From Gemmatimonas sp. (GTDB taxonomy: Bacteria; Gemmatimonadota; Gemmatimonadetes; Gemmatimonadales; Gemmatimonadaceae), in the NCBI GenBank assembly GCA_031363115.1, contig JANLTT010000294.1, positions 1-48,918 of the forward strand: a DNA stretch of 48,918 nucleotides, given 5' to 3'. The notes beneath the pieces were generated by a model. It did not search any database, was not told where the DNA came from, and saw only the letters and a list, made by a program, of their open reading frames with translations. A program made the position numbers and the translations under genes. The number at the start of each line of letters is the position of its first letter. The first letter of the stretch is position 1. Below, in pieces: positions 7,973 through 16,025 of this stretch.

Positions 7973-10512
7973 CCACTCACAACGCCACGACCCCAGACGT
8001 CTCCGGTGAGACCGGCCGGATGACGCCCGGAGCCTCCGCGGCGATTCGCTCGGCCATTCGGTTGGCGGGTGGACGTGAGGTCTGTTTTGTCTGCACGGTG
8101 AACGACGCGGGGGTGGTGCAGACGGCGCGCGTGGTGGCGCGCGGCGACGTGGCGAGCGTGTTGGCGCTGCCGGGCTTTGCGAATCGCGGCGAGTTGCTCG
8201 TGCACAATCATCCGAGTGGCTATCTCGCGCCGTCAGATGCCGATCTCAATGTGGCCGCGCGGCTGCACGATGATGGCATCGGCTTTGCGATTACCGACAA
8301 CGAGGCCGGTCGGCTGTACGTGGTGGTGGAAGTGCCGCGCGCGCCGAAGGAGATTCATCTCGAGCCTGGCGATGTGGCCGGTGCACTCGGCCCCGACGGC
8401 CCGATTGCGGCGCGACTGGGGCGGTACGAAGACCGCCCGAGCCAGCGCGAGATGGCGCGCCTGATTGCGCAGTTGTATTCGCGTGGCGGCGTCGGGTTGA
8501 TCGAGGCGGGCACCGGCGTCGGGAAGTCGCTCGGCTACCTGGTGCCCGCGTTGCGGTGGGCCGCGGAGAGTGGTGAGCGAACGGTGGTGTCGACCAACAC
8601 CATCACGCTGCAGGAACAGCTGACGAGCAAGGACCTGCCATTCCTCAAGCTCGCGCTCAGCGACCAACCGGTTCGCTTCGCCTTGCTCAAGGGCTGGAAG
8701 AACTATCTCTGTCTCCAGCGGCTTGAGCAGGCGCGGCTGCAGGCGCCGGTCTTGTTCGACGATGACGCCTCGGTCGATCTCGCGATGCTCGAAGGATGGG
8801 CCGAGCAGACGCAGGATGGTTCGCTCGCCGATCTCCCGATGCCGCCGCGCAGCGAAGTGTGGGATGAAGTCGCAGCCGAAGGGGATCTCTGCACCCGACT
8901 CAAGTGTCCGCACTTCGAGCCCTGTTTTGTGTTCAAGGCGCGTCGTGCCGCGGCGCAAGCGGATGTCGTCGTGGTGAATCATCACTTGTTGATGGCGGAC
9001 ATCGCGGTGCGACGCGCGTCAGGGCGGTGGGACGAAGCCGCTGTGCTGCCGGCGTACAAGCGACTCGTGATTGACGAGGGCCATCACCTTGAAGACGCGG
9101 CCGCCGCCCACTTGGGGCAGCAGGTCTCGCGTCGCGGACTTGATCGGTTGTTCTCGCGATTGGAACGTCGCGGCAAGGGGTTGCTCCCTGCGCTCGAGAA
9201 GAAGCTCGCGGGCGGCAAGGACCTCTACAGCGCGGCGAGTCTCGACCTCGTACGCGCGCGTCTCTTTCCCTCGTTGCAGACGGCGCGCGAGAAGAGCGCG
9301 ATGCTCTGCGACTTGCTCGTGGACTGGATGAAGGGGCGCAGCGATTCGGTCGTGCGCCTCACCGACAGCTTCGATGACGAGTCCGTTTGGGCCGCGGGGC
9401 TGACCGTCGCGCTCGATGACCTCCTCGCCGAAGTCGAACTGCTCGGCGATGGCTTGCGCATGGTGCGCGAACGTCTGGAGAGCGATGAGCAGCGCGCCGA
9501 GGAACTCGCCCCGTTGCTCAACGAAGTGCGCGGCGTGACGCGGCGGTTGCAGGCCTCGAGCGATGCGCTGCGTGCGGCACTGCGCCCGGGGCGCGATGGA
9601 CAGCCGCGGGTGCGATGGTTGGAGCTCCGTGGAAGCGAGCGCAACATCGGGGCGACGGCGGTGCCCATCGACCTCGCGCCGATCCTGCGTGAGGATCTGT
9701 TCCGGCGCGTGGAGACGGCGATCGTCACCAGCGCGACCCTCTCGGTCGGCGATGGATTCGATTTCATCACGAAGCGCCTTGGGCTCGATGACGAGGAACT
9801 CGAACCGTTGACGGCCTCGTTGCCCTCGCCCTTCGATTATCCGCGTCAGGCCATGCTCATGATTCCGAGCGACTTCCCGCCGCCGAACACCGAAGGACCC
9901 GCGCACTTCAAGCGGACGATGGACGCCTCCATGGATCTCATTGCCGCAGCGGGTGGCGGCATCTTCATTCTCTTCACGAGTCATCGCGACGTGAAGGAAG
10001 CCGCACGCGTGCTCCGCGAGAAGGGAGTGGAGGGACAACATGCCCTCCTCGTCCATGGCGAGGCACCGCGCGACGAGTTGCTCCGCCGCTTCCGTGAGCA
10101 CGGAGATGCGGTGCTGGTCGGAACGGCCAGCTTCTGGGAAGGAGTGGACGTTCCCGGCCGCGCGCTTCGCGGCATGGTGATTGGAAAGATCCCGTTTCGC
10201 GTCCCCACCGAGCCTATGACCGCGGCGCAGTGCGAGGCTATTGAGGCCGCTGGGGGCGATGCCTTTGCTCAATACATGATTCCCCACGCGGCGCTGCGGC
10301 TCAAACAGGGCTTTGGGCGGTTGATCCGCACCGCGACCGATCGGGGCGCCGTGATTATCTGCGACCCGCGTGTCGTAACAAAGTCCTACGGGCGCCGTCT
10401 GACCGAAGGTCTCCCTCCCGCGACCCGACTGCAGGGACCTTGGGCGATGCTCCGCGAGGAACTCAAGGCGTTTTACGCCAGCGATGCGACCCATCCCAGC
10501 TCTGTAGGGTAA
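7969..10512 (+). CDS. DinG/YoaA-family Fe-S helicase with N-terminal JAB (RadC-like) domain
   Basis: Q motif (RPSQ), Walker A EAGTGVGKS, DEGH, TSATL, FWEGVD, QGFGRLIR, four Fe-S Cys (NYLC...DLC..KC...PC); N-terminal HNHPSG..APSDAD. Confidence 0.9.
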   Translation: MTTHNATTPDVSGETGRMTPGASAAIRSAIRLAGGREVCFVCTVNDAGVVQTARVVARGDVASVLALPGFANRGELLVHNHPSGYLAPSDADLNVAARLHDDGIGFAITDNEAGRLYVVVEVPRAPKEIHLEPGDVAGALGPDGPIAARLGRYEDRPSQREMARLIAQLYSRGGVGLIEAGTGVGKSLGYLVPALRWAAESGERTVVSTNTITLQEQLTSKDLPFLKLALSDQPVRFALLKGWKNYLCLQRLEQARLQAPVLFDDDASVDLAMLEGWAEQTQDGSLADLPMPPRSEVWDEVAAEGDLCTRLKCPHFEPCFVFKARRAAAQADVVVVNHHLLMADIAVRRASGRWDEAAVLPAYKRLVIDEGHHLEDAAAAHLGQQVSRRGLDRLFSRLERRGKGLLPALEKKLAGGKDLYSAASLDLVRARLFPSLQTAREKSAMLCDLLVDWMKGRSDSVVRLTDSFDDESVWAAGLTVALDDLLAEVELLGDGLRMVRERLESDEQRAEELAPLLNEVRGVTRRLQASSDALRAALRPGRDGQPRVRWLELRGSERNIGATAVPIDLAPILREDLFRRVETAIVTSATLSVGDGFDFITKRLGLDDEELEPLTASLPSPFDYPRQAMLMIPSDFPPPNTEGPAHFKRTMDASMDLIAAAGGGIFILFTSHRDVKEAARVLREKGVEGQHALLVHGEAPRDELLRRFREHGDAVLVGTASFWEGVDVPGRALRGMVIGKIPFRVPTEPMTAAQCEAIEAAGGDAFAQYMIPHAALRLKQGFGRLIRTATDRGAVIICDPRVVTKSYGRRLTEGLPPATRLQGPWAMLREELKAFYASDATHPSSVG

Positions 10513-10515
10513 ATT
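10510..10515 (+). promoter_or_regulatory. Putative -10 box (TAAATT) 6 nt before the ATG: probable leaderless promoter
   Basis: TAAATT-gttgcc-ATG(10522); no Shine-Dalgarno. Confidence 0.5.
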
Positions 10516-10521
10516 GTTGCC

Positions 10522-11136
10522 ATGACCCGCCCCTCAAAGATCGTCTGCGCCGGCCGCAACTACCGCGAGCATGCCAAGGAACTCGGCAACGATGTACCGA
10601 CCGTTCCGCTGATTTTCCTCAAGCCCTCGAGCACGGTGATTGCGAGTGGTGAATCGATTGTGTTGCCGAAGGACGCCGGCCGCATCGATTTTGAAGGCGA
10701 GATTGGCGTGGTCATTGGGCGCGCGCTCAAGAAGGCAACGCCCGCTGAGGCCGCCGCCGCCGTGCGCGGCGTCGTCGCGGTGAATGACGTGAGCGCCCGT
10801 GATTGGCAAAAGAACGACGGACAGTGGTGGCGGGCGAAGGGCTCCGACACCTTCTGCCCGATTGGTCCCGAGCGGGAGGGCCCGGTGGATCTCGCCGACC
10901 TCACGGTCATCACGCGCGTGAATGGGGTGGAGTGTCAGCGCGGGAGTGCCTCGGAGATGGTGTTCCCCATTGCGGACCTCCTCGCTTACATCTCGACCGT
11001 GATGACACTTGAGCCGGGTGATGTCGTGGCCACCGGCACTCCGGCCGGAGTGAAGCCACTCGCGCCGGGCGATATCGTGGCGGTGGAAGTCGTGGGATGG
11101 AGCATCGTCTCCAACTCCGTTGTCGCTGACTCGTAG
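10522..11136 (+). CDS. Fumarylacetoacetate hydrolase family protein
   Basis: KIVC.GRNY..HA.ELG, P.IFLKP, D.E.E, NDVSARD.Q, AKG.DTF.P.GP, TLEPGDV..TGTP.GV. Confidence 0.92.
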   Translation: MTRPSKIVCAGRNYREHAKELGNDVPTVPLIFLKPSSTVIASGESIVLPKDAGRIDFEGEIGVVIGRALKKATPAEAAAAVRGVVAVNDVSARDWQKNDGQWWRAKGSDTFCPIGPEREGPVDLADLTVITRVNGVECQRGSASEMVFPIADLLAYISTVMTLEPGDVVATGTPAGVKPLAPGDIVAVEVVGWSIVSNSVVADS

Positions 11137-11142
11137 GGTGTC

Positions 11143-12036
11143 GTGAAGAAAAAGCGCATTGAACTGCTGCCAACCCGTCGCACGGGTGATCCCCGCGCCT
11201 CAGTGGTCGCGTTCGTCGTGCAAGTATTGCTGCTGGCGATCATTGTGCCGGCGTTCCTGGTGCCCGTCGCTCTCGACTTCCTGCGTGATGACTCCGGTGC
11301 GTCCATTGTCCCCGAGCGTATCAGCTTCGAGGTGATGCTGCCGACCGACGGAAATCCGCAACGTGAACCGGCGCGCGATGGGGGCGACAATCGAACGCCG
11401 ACGGACGAGCCTGTGGTCGAGGCGGCGCCGCTGATTGCGCCCATTACGGTCCCCGGAAGTCTCCCAACCGCTCCGAGCACGCCGCGTGAACCGAGTGGTG
11501 GATCAGGGCCGCTCATCGGGGGTGGCGGCCCGCTGGCCGGCATCCAGCCGACGTTCACCGACCAGCGCCTCTGGGTTGATCACAGCAAAGTCGTGATTGC
11601 CCCGATTGTCCCGCTGTCGCGCGCCGATACGCTCCGGCAGCGACTCGCTGAGCGCATTGTTGCCGTCGAAGACTCCCTCATGGGCCTCTTCCCCGAGGGC
11701 GCACGTCGCCCCGGCGACTGGACGGTGAATCTCGGTGGGAAGAAGTATGGTGTTGATCCGGGCTTTATTCGACTCGGCAACTTCCGGCTTCCCACGGCCG
11801 TGCTCGCGATGCTGCCGATGAATGTGCAGGCGAATCCCATCGCGATGGAGCGCGCTCGCCGCCTCGATGCGATGCGCAACGAGATTCAGCTGCAGGCGGC
11901 GCGTTCGTATCGCGATGACGAGTTTTACGCGGCGGTGCGCGCGCTTCGCGAGCGAAAGGAAAAGGAGCGTCGGGACCGCGATGCGGTTCTCCGGGGAGCG
12001 ACTCCGGGTTCGACGACTCCCCCGCCGCGGCCCTAA
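11143..12036 (+). CDS. Hypothetical membrane-anchored protein (single TM, Pro/Gly-rich linker, conserved-looking C-terminal domain)
   Basis: GTG start 7 nt after the FAH stop; TM at residues ~20-45; DWT...GKKYG.D...I.LG motif. Confidence 0.65.
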   Translation: MKKKRIELLPTRRTGDPRASVVAFVVQVLLLAIIVPAFLVPVALDFLRDDSGASIVPERISFEVMLPTDGNPQREPARDGGDNRTPTDEPVVEAAPLIAPITVPGSLPTAPSTPREPSGGSGPLIGGGGPLAGIQPTFTDQRLWVDHSKVVIAPIVPLSRADTLRQRLAERIVAVEDSLMGLFPEGARRPGDWTVNLGGKKYGVDPGFIRLGNFRLPTAVLAMLPMNVQANPIAMERARRLDAMRNEIQLQAARSYRDDEFYAAVRALRERKEKERRDRDAVLRGATPGSTTPPPRP

Positions 12037-12049
12037 CTCCGCTCGCAAC

Positions 12050-12697
12050 TCAGGCGAGCGGGTCGGGCTCCAGTTGGTCGTCTCCGCGCGGCGCCGTCAG
12101 GCGCATCACCGCACCCAACGGGCCCAGTACACGAAAGTCGTCGCCATCGCCGAGGATCAAGTCCTTCGCGTCGGGAGAGGGCGCGATCAATCGCACGCTC
12201 GTGCCTCGGCGCTCAATGCCCCGCACAAGAATGTGATGACCCACACGCGCCACCACCGGCGTGTCGTCCGGCACGCGCGCACCGGGAATCACCAGGAGGA
12301 GATCGCCTTCGCGCACCGCGTGGATCGGCGCGTCCTCGGCGTTCGTGCGCACGAGAAAGGCGTCGTCGGTCGCGAGGAGTGAGCGGTCGAGAGTGAGATG
12401 CTCCTCCGTGAGCGAGCGTCCGTCCGAGGTCCAGCGCACCACCGGGACGGGCTGTGTGCCGACGCCGCCGGTGAAGCCCTCAATGACCACACCCCGTGAG
12501 CGCCCGGCGGTGCGACGGATGTAGCCCTTGCGTTGCAAGGCGGTCATGAGGTCCGCCACGGTGCGCGTGGACGGAATGCGGAAGTGTCGCGCGATCTCTC
12601 GCACACTCGGCTGGAAGCTGTGCGTGGCCAGGTAATCGATCAGGAACTGCCACAGCTTCCGTTCGATCTCGGTGAGGGGCGCACGCGGGGCATCCAT
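12050..12697 (-). CDS. lexA: LexA-family repressor with a degenerate (probably non-cleavable) S24 domain
   Basis: wHTH motifs LT..E, PSVREI, S..TV...L..KGYI.R...SRG; C-terminal F.V...GD..LV, VVAR, VLG pattern, but no AG site, catalytic Ser or Lys. Confidence 0.8.
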   Translation of the reverse strand: MDAPRAPLTEIERKLWQFLIDYLATHSFQPSVREIARHFRIPSTRTVADLMTALQRKGYIRRTAGRSRGVVIEGFTGGVGTQPVPVVRWTSDGRSLTEEHLTLDRSLLATDDAFLVRTNAEDAPIHAVREGDLLLVIPGARVPDDTPVVARVGHHILVRGIERRGTSVRLIAPSPDAKDLILGDGDDFRVLGPLGAVMRLTAPRGDDQLEPDPLA

Positions 12698-12698
12698 C

Positions 12699-14156
12699 TC
12701 AGCTCCCTGCGAGCATCCCCTGCAGGTGGGCCTCGGCGCGCGCGATGCGCGACAAGGTGCGCTCGCGACCGAGCATCACCATGACGTCGAAGATGCCGGG
12801 CGACACGGCGAGCCCGGTGAGGGCGACGCGCAGCGGCTGGAAGATCTTGCCACCACCGACGCCCTTCTGCTCGGCGAGCTGGCGCAGCGACTCCTCCATC
12901 GGGCCCGGCGTGAAGTCGGCAAGCGTGGTGAGCGTCTCGCGCGTGGCCGCCAGCAGCGTCAATGCCGAGGCGGCATCCTTCCACTGCTTGGCGACGGCCT
13001 CTGCATCGTAGGCGATTTCATCGCGGAAGTAAGGCTCGGCTTGGCGCACGATGTCGTCCACGAGGCGCGAGCGCACGCGCAGGAGTTCGAGCAGCTGGTG
13101 GTACCACTCCTTGCGCTTCTCAAGTTCCTCGGCGGTGGCGAGACCAGCGGCAATGATCAAGGGCGTGACGCGCGGCTCAAGATCGGCGAGCGGAATGCGC
13201 GAGAGATGCTGGCCGTTCATCCACTCCAGCTTCTGTGGATCGAACACGGCGGCCTTCTTGAGGAGATGATCATCGCTGAAGGCCTGCACCAGTTCCTCGA
13301 GCGTCATCACCTCATTGAACTCACCACCCGGTGACCATCCCAACAGCGCGAGGAAGTTCACCATCGCCTGCGGGAGAATGCCGAGGTGCTGGTAATCGCC
13401 GACGGCGGTGGCGCCGTGTCGCTTCGAGAGCTTCTTGCCATCCGTCCCGTGAATCATCGGGAGATGCCCGAACTGCGGGAGCGTCGCGCCGAGTGCTTCG
13501 TAGAGGAGGATCTGCTTCGGCGTGTTTGAGATGTGATCGTCGCCACGCATCACGAGCGTGATGCCCATCGCGATGTCGTCGGAGACGACGGCGTGGTTGT
13601 AGATCGGCGTCGCGTCCGACCGGAGGATGACGAAGTCCTCGATGTCCTTGTTCGGGAAGCTGATGCGCTCGTGCACGAGGTCGGTCCACGCCGTCTCGCC
13701 ATCGGGAACGCGGAAGCGGAGCACGAAGGGCTCGCCGGCGGCGACGCGGCGTGCGATCTCGGCGTGGTCGAGGCGATCGCAGCGACGGTCGTACTTGAAG
13801 GCATCCTTGCGCGCGGCGGCTTCGGTGCGGCGCTTGTCGAGCTCTTCGCTCGTGCAGAAGCAACGGTAGACATGACCGCGCTCGAGCATCTTCTGCGCGT
13901 CGGCGCGATGGCGCTCGAGGTTCGCGCCCTGGAACACAACATCTTCGTCCCAATTCAGGCCGAGCCAGTTCAGGCCTTCGAAGATCGCCTGCGTGGACTC
14001 GTCGGTGGAGCGCGCCTTGTCGGTGTCCTCCACGCGGAGCAGGAACTTGCCGCCGGTCTTGCGCGCGAGGAGCCAATTGAAGAGCGCGGTGCGCGCGCCG
14101 CCCACGTGGAGGTAGCCGGTGGGGGGGGGAGCAAAGCGGAGGCGCGGCGTGGTCAT
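12699..14156 (-). CDS. gltX: Glutamate--tRNA ligase
   Basis: RFAP.PTGYLHVG, LR.EDTD, Y.CFC, RGDDH..NT.KQ, KLSKRHG. Confidence 0.97.
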   Translation of the reverse strand: MTTPRLRFAPPPTGYLHVGGARTALFNWLLARKTGGKFLLRVEDTDKARSTDESTQAIFEGLNWLGLNWDEDVVFQGANLERHRADAQKMLERGHVYRCFCTSEELDKRRTEAAARKDAFKYDRRCDRLDHAEIARRVAAGEPFVLRFRVPDGETAWTDLVHERISFPNKDIEDFVILRSDATPIYNHAVVSDDIAMGITLVMRGDDHISNTPKQILLYEALGATLPQFGHLPMIHGTDGKKLSKRHGATAVGDYQHLGILPQAMVNFLALLGWSPGGEFNEVMTLEELVQAFSDDHLLKKAAVFDPQKLEWMNGQHLSRIPLADLEPRVTPLIIAAGLATAEELEKRKEWYHQLLELLRVRSRLVDDIVRQAEPYFRDEIAYDAEAVAKQWKDAASALTLLAATRETLTTLADFTPGPMEESLRQLAEQKGVGGGKIFQPLRVALTGLAVSPGIFDVMVMLGRERTLSRIARAEAHLQGMLAGS

Positions 14157-14203
14157 CGGTTCTTTGGCGGAACGGAGGGAACGGAACAGGGCTCAAATGG
14201 AGA

Positions 14204-14233
14204 CGGGCCCGACCGGACTGGCCGGCGGGCCCG
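14204..14233 (-). terminator. GC-rich hairpin downstream of tRNA-Ser(GCT) (terminator or processing stem)
   Basis: CGGGCCCG-CCGG...CCGG-T-CGGGCCCG, followed by TCTCCATTT on the minus strand (weak U-tract). Confidence 0.45.
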
Positions 14234-14238
14234 CAACA

Positions 14239-14329
14239 CGGAGACGGAGAGATTCGAACTCTCGATACAGGTTTAACCCCGTATAACGGTTTAGCAAACC
14301 GCCGCCTTCAGCCTCTCGGCCACGTCTCC
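14239..14329 (-). tRNA. tRNA-Ser(GCT)
   Basis: Acceptor stem GGAGACG/CGTCTCC, G discriminator, anticodon arm GCGGT-TT GCT AA-ACCGT, long variable arm, T-loop GTTCGAAT; CCA not encoded. Confidence 0.97.
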
Positions 14330-14385
14330 AACTACAACTCGGGGGTGCCCGAGAGCAGGAAATGTCGCCTCTTGCGGGGGGCGAA

Positions 14386-15108
14386 TCAAGCGGGGCGGGG
14401 CGGATTCGGCTCCTCATCGTCTCGCCTCACCATCCAGAGCGCGATAATCCCGGCCAGAATCACCGAGAGCCATTCGGGGCCTACCGTGTTGAAGCAACTG
14501 TACGACTCCGTGCGATAGCCGGTCCAGAAGGGGTGGACGGCGCCCAGCAGCAGGAAGCTCACAACGACTCCCACACCTACCGGCGGAAGAGAGATGCCGC
14601 CGCGAGCTAACCGTACGCCGAGGGCGAAGAGGAGGAGCAGCGCATAGGCTCCCGCCAAATACACGCGCCCTTCGTCAATCGGTGGGAGATCGCACACCGG
14701 CTCGCCGTCGTGCTCGTTCGCGGTTCCGTCCGGGAGCGGCCCGAAGTCCAGCCAGCATTCTCGCTCCGTGCCCCCGGGATAGTTCACGCGCGCACTGAAG
14801 CCGTCTGCGCGCGCGGAGAGACTCACCAACGCGACGCCAGTCGAGAACATGTAGCGGTCGGGCGTGAGTTCCTCGATGGACGCGGTATACCGGCCGGAGT
14901 CGGCGAGGAAGGATTCCTGCGCGGTCACGAGATTCCGAAGATCGGCTTTCATCGTTGCGAGGTACGCCTTCGTTTTGTTGATTCGGGCATGAAGCGCACG
15001 CGGCGTCGCGGCATTGGCGACGAGGGCGATGCCTAACGCGAGCAAGAAGGTTCCCGCGAGTCGCGCTCCAGATCCGCGCCGCGTGAGTCCGCTAAACAGG
15101 TGTCGCAT
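14386..15108 (-). CDS. Pilin-like-domain membrane protein, paralog A
   Basis: N-terminal hydrophobic segment, KAY..MKADLRNLVTAQE.F..D..RY, ECW...GEP.C, then 3 TM with HPFWTGYR. Confidence 0.8.
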   Translation of the reverse strand: MRHLFSGLTRRGSGARLAGTFLLALGIALVANAATPRALHARINKTKAYLATMKADLRNLVTAQESFLADSGRYTASIEELTPDRYMFSTGVALVSLSARADGFSARVNYPGGTERECWLDFGPLPDGTANEHDGEPVCDLPPIDEGRVYLAGAYALLLLFALGVRLARGGISLPPVGVGVVVSFLLLGAVHPFWTGYRTESYSCFNTVGPEWLSVILAGIIALWMVRRDDEEPNPPRPA

Positions 15109-15111
15109 ATG

Positions 15112-15834
15112 CTAGACCGCCTCCGGGTTACCTGACCGTGGGGTGTCCCAGCGTTCCTTGCGCCGCACCACCATCCAGAGCGCAAGAACGGCCGCGATGC
15201 TAATCGAAATGGATTCGAGGCTCGCGCCTATCGTGCAGCCGCTTCCCTCCGTGCGATACCCCGTCCAAAAGGGATGCAGCCCGCCGAGGATGACGAATGC
15301 AAGGATGATGCCGATGCCCATCGGGGGAAGACTGGCCCCGGCCCGGTAGAAGCGCACCGCAATCGCGAACAGCAACAACAAGGCGTACGTTGCCGCCATG
15401 TAAATGCGGTTGATGTCGACTGGAGGCGTGGGCGGTGGATCGCACTGCGGTTCGCCGTCGTACAGATTCACGCCACCATCGGGCAATGGTCCGACGGTGA
15501 TCCAACATTCCGTCGGCGCTCCAGATGGGTATCGAACTCGTGCGCTGAAACCGTTGCCCCACGCGGCGAAGCTTGCAAACTGCAAGCCGGCATAGGACTG
15601 ATATCGGGTGGGAGTGAGCTCCGCTTGGGACGCGGCGTATCGCCCGGAGTCCGTAAAGAACTGCTCCTGCGCGGTGACGAGGTTGCGCAGGTCAGCCTTC
15701 ATCTCGGCAATCTTGGATTTCTGATTGCCCGAGCAGGCGCAGAGCGAGCGCGGCGTCGCGGCATTCGCCACGAGTGCGAGCGCGAGTGACACGGCGAGGG
15801 CGCCCATCAGCCGCATCGCGCGCGCACTCCACAT
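15112..15834 (-). CDS. Pilin-like-domain membrane protein, paralog B
   Basis: Same motifs as A; the ORF-track start (15918) lies inside the tRNA, so ATG 15834 is preferred. Confidence 0.8.
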   Translation of the reverse strand: MWSARAMRLMGALAVSLALALVANAATPRSLCACSGNQKSKIAEMKADLRNLVTAQEQFFTDSGRYAASQAELTPTRYQSYAGLQFASFAAWGNGFSARVRYPSGAPTECWITVGPLPDGGVNLYDGEPQCDPPPTPPVDINRIYMAATYALLLLFAIAVRFYRAGASLPPMGIGIILAFVILGGLHPFWTGYRTEGSGCTIGASLESISISIAAVLALWMVVRRKERWDTPRSGNPEAV

Positions 15835-15867
15835 CCCCGTGCACAGGACCTCTCGCACACGCGAAAA

Positions 15868-15950
15868 CGGAGGGTACAGGATTCGAACCTGTATGTCCTT
15901 GCGGACGACGGTTTTCAAGACCGTTGCAATAGCCGTTCTGCCAACCCTCC
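15868..15950 (-). tRNA. tRNA-Ser(TGA)
   Basis: Acceptor stem GGAGGGT/ACCCTCC, G discriminator, anticodon arm ACGGT-CT TGA AA-ACCGT, variable arm GTCC-GCAA-GGAC, GGTTCGAATCC. Confidence 0.95.
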
Positions 15951-16025
15951 CCGAGTGAATCTCGGCGACGGAGAAAGCTCGGCAATCACGCGCGAAGTCG
16001 CAACGCCTAGTTGTTCGAAAGTGAC

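Noticed and set aside
7969-10512. DinG as type IV CRISPR CasDinG or part of a defence island
   Set aside because: Housekeeping context with no cas, array or ubiquitin-like E1/E2 genes nearby.
14199-14247. GGAGACGG repeated at 14199 and 14240 as an att-site duplication of the tRNA 3' end
   Set aside because: Only 8 bp, about 40 bp apart, with no cargo between and no integrase in the window.
15835-15918. ORF-track N-terminal extensions (also 1570, 16805, 23072, 28748, 32158, 32398, 34742, 37801, 39179, 44858)
   Set aside because: They run into tRNAs, repeats or neighbouring genes; downstream starts fit RBS, coupling or family N-termini better.
15868-15950. tRNA with a TGA anticodon read as tRNA-Sec (selC) because selA is nearby
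   Set aside because: Anticodon TGA reads UCA (Ser); tRNA-Sec has TCA, an 8-bp acceptor stem and is longer. This is a 7-bp-stem tRNA-Ser.
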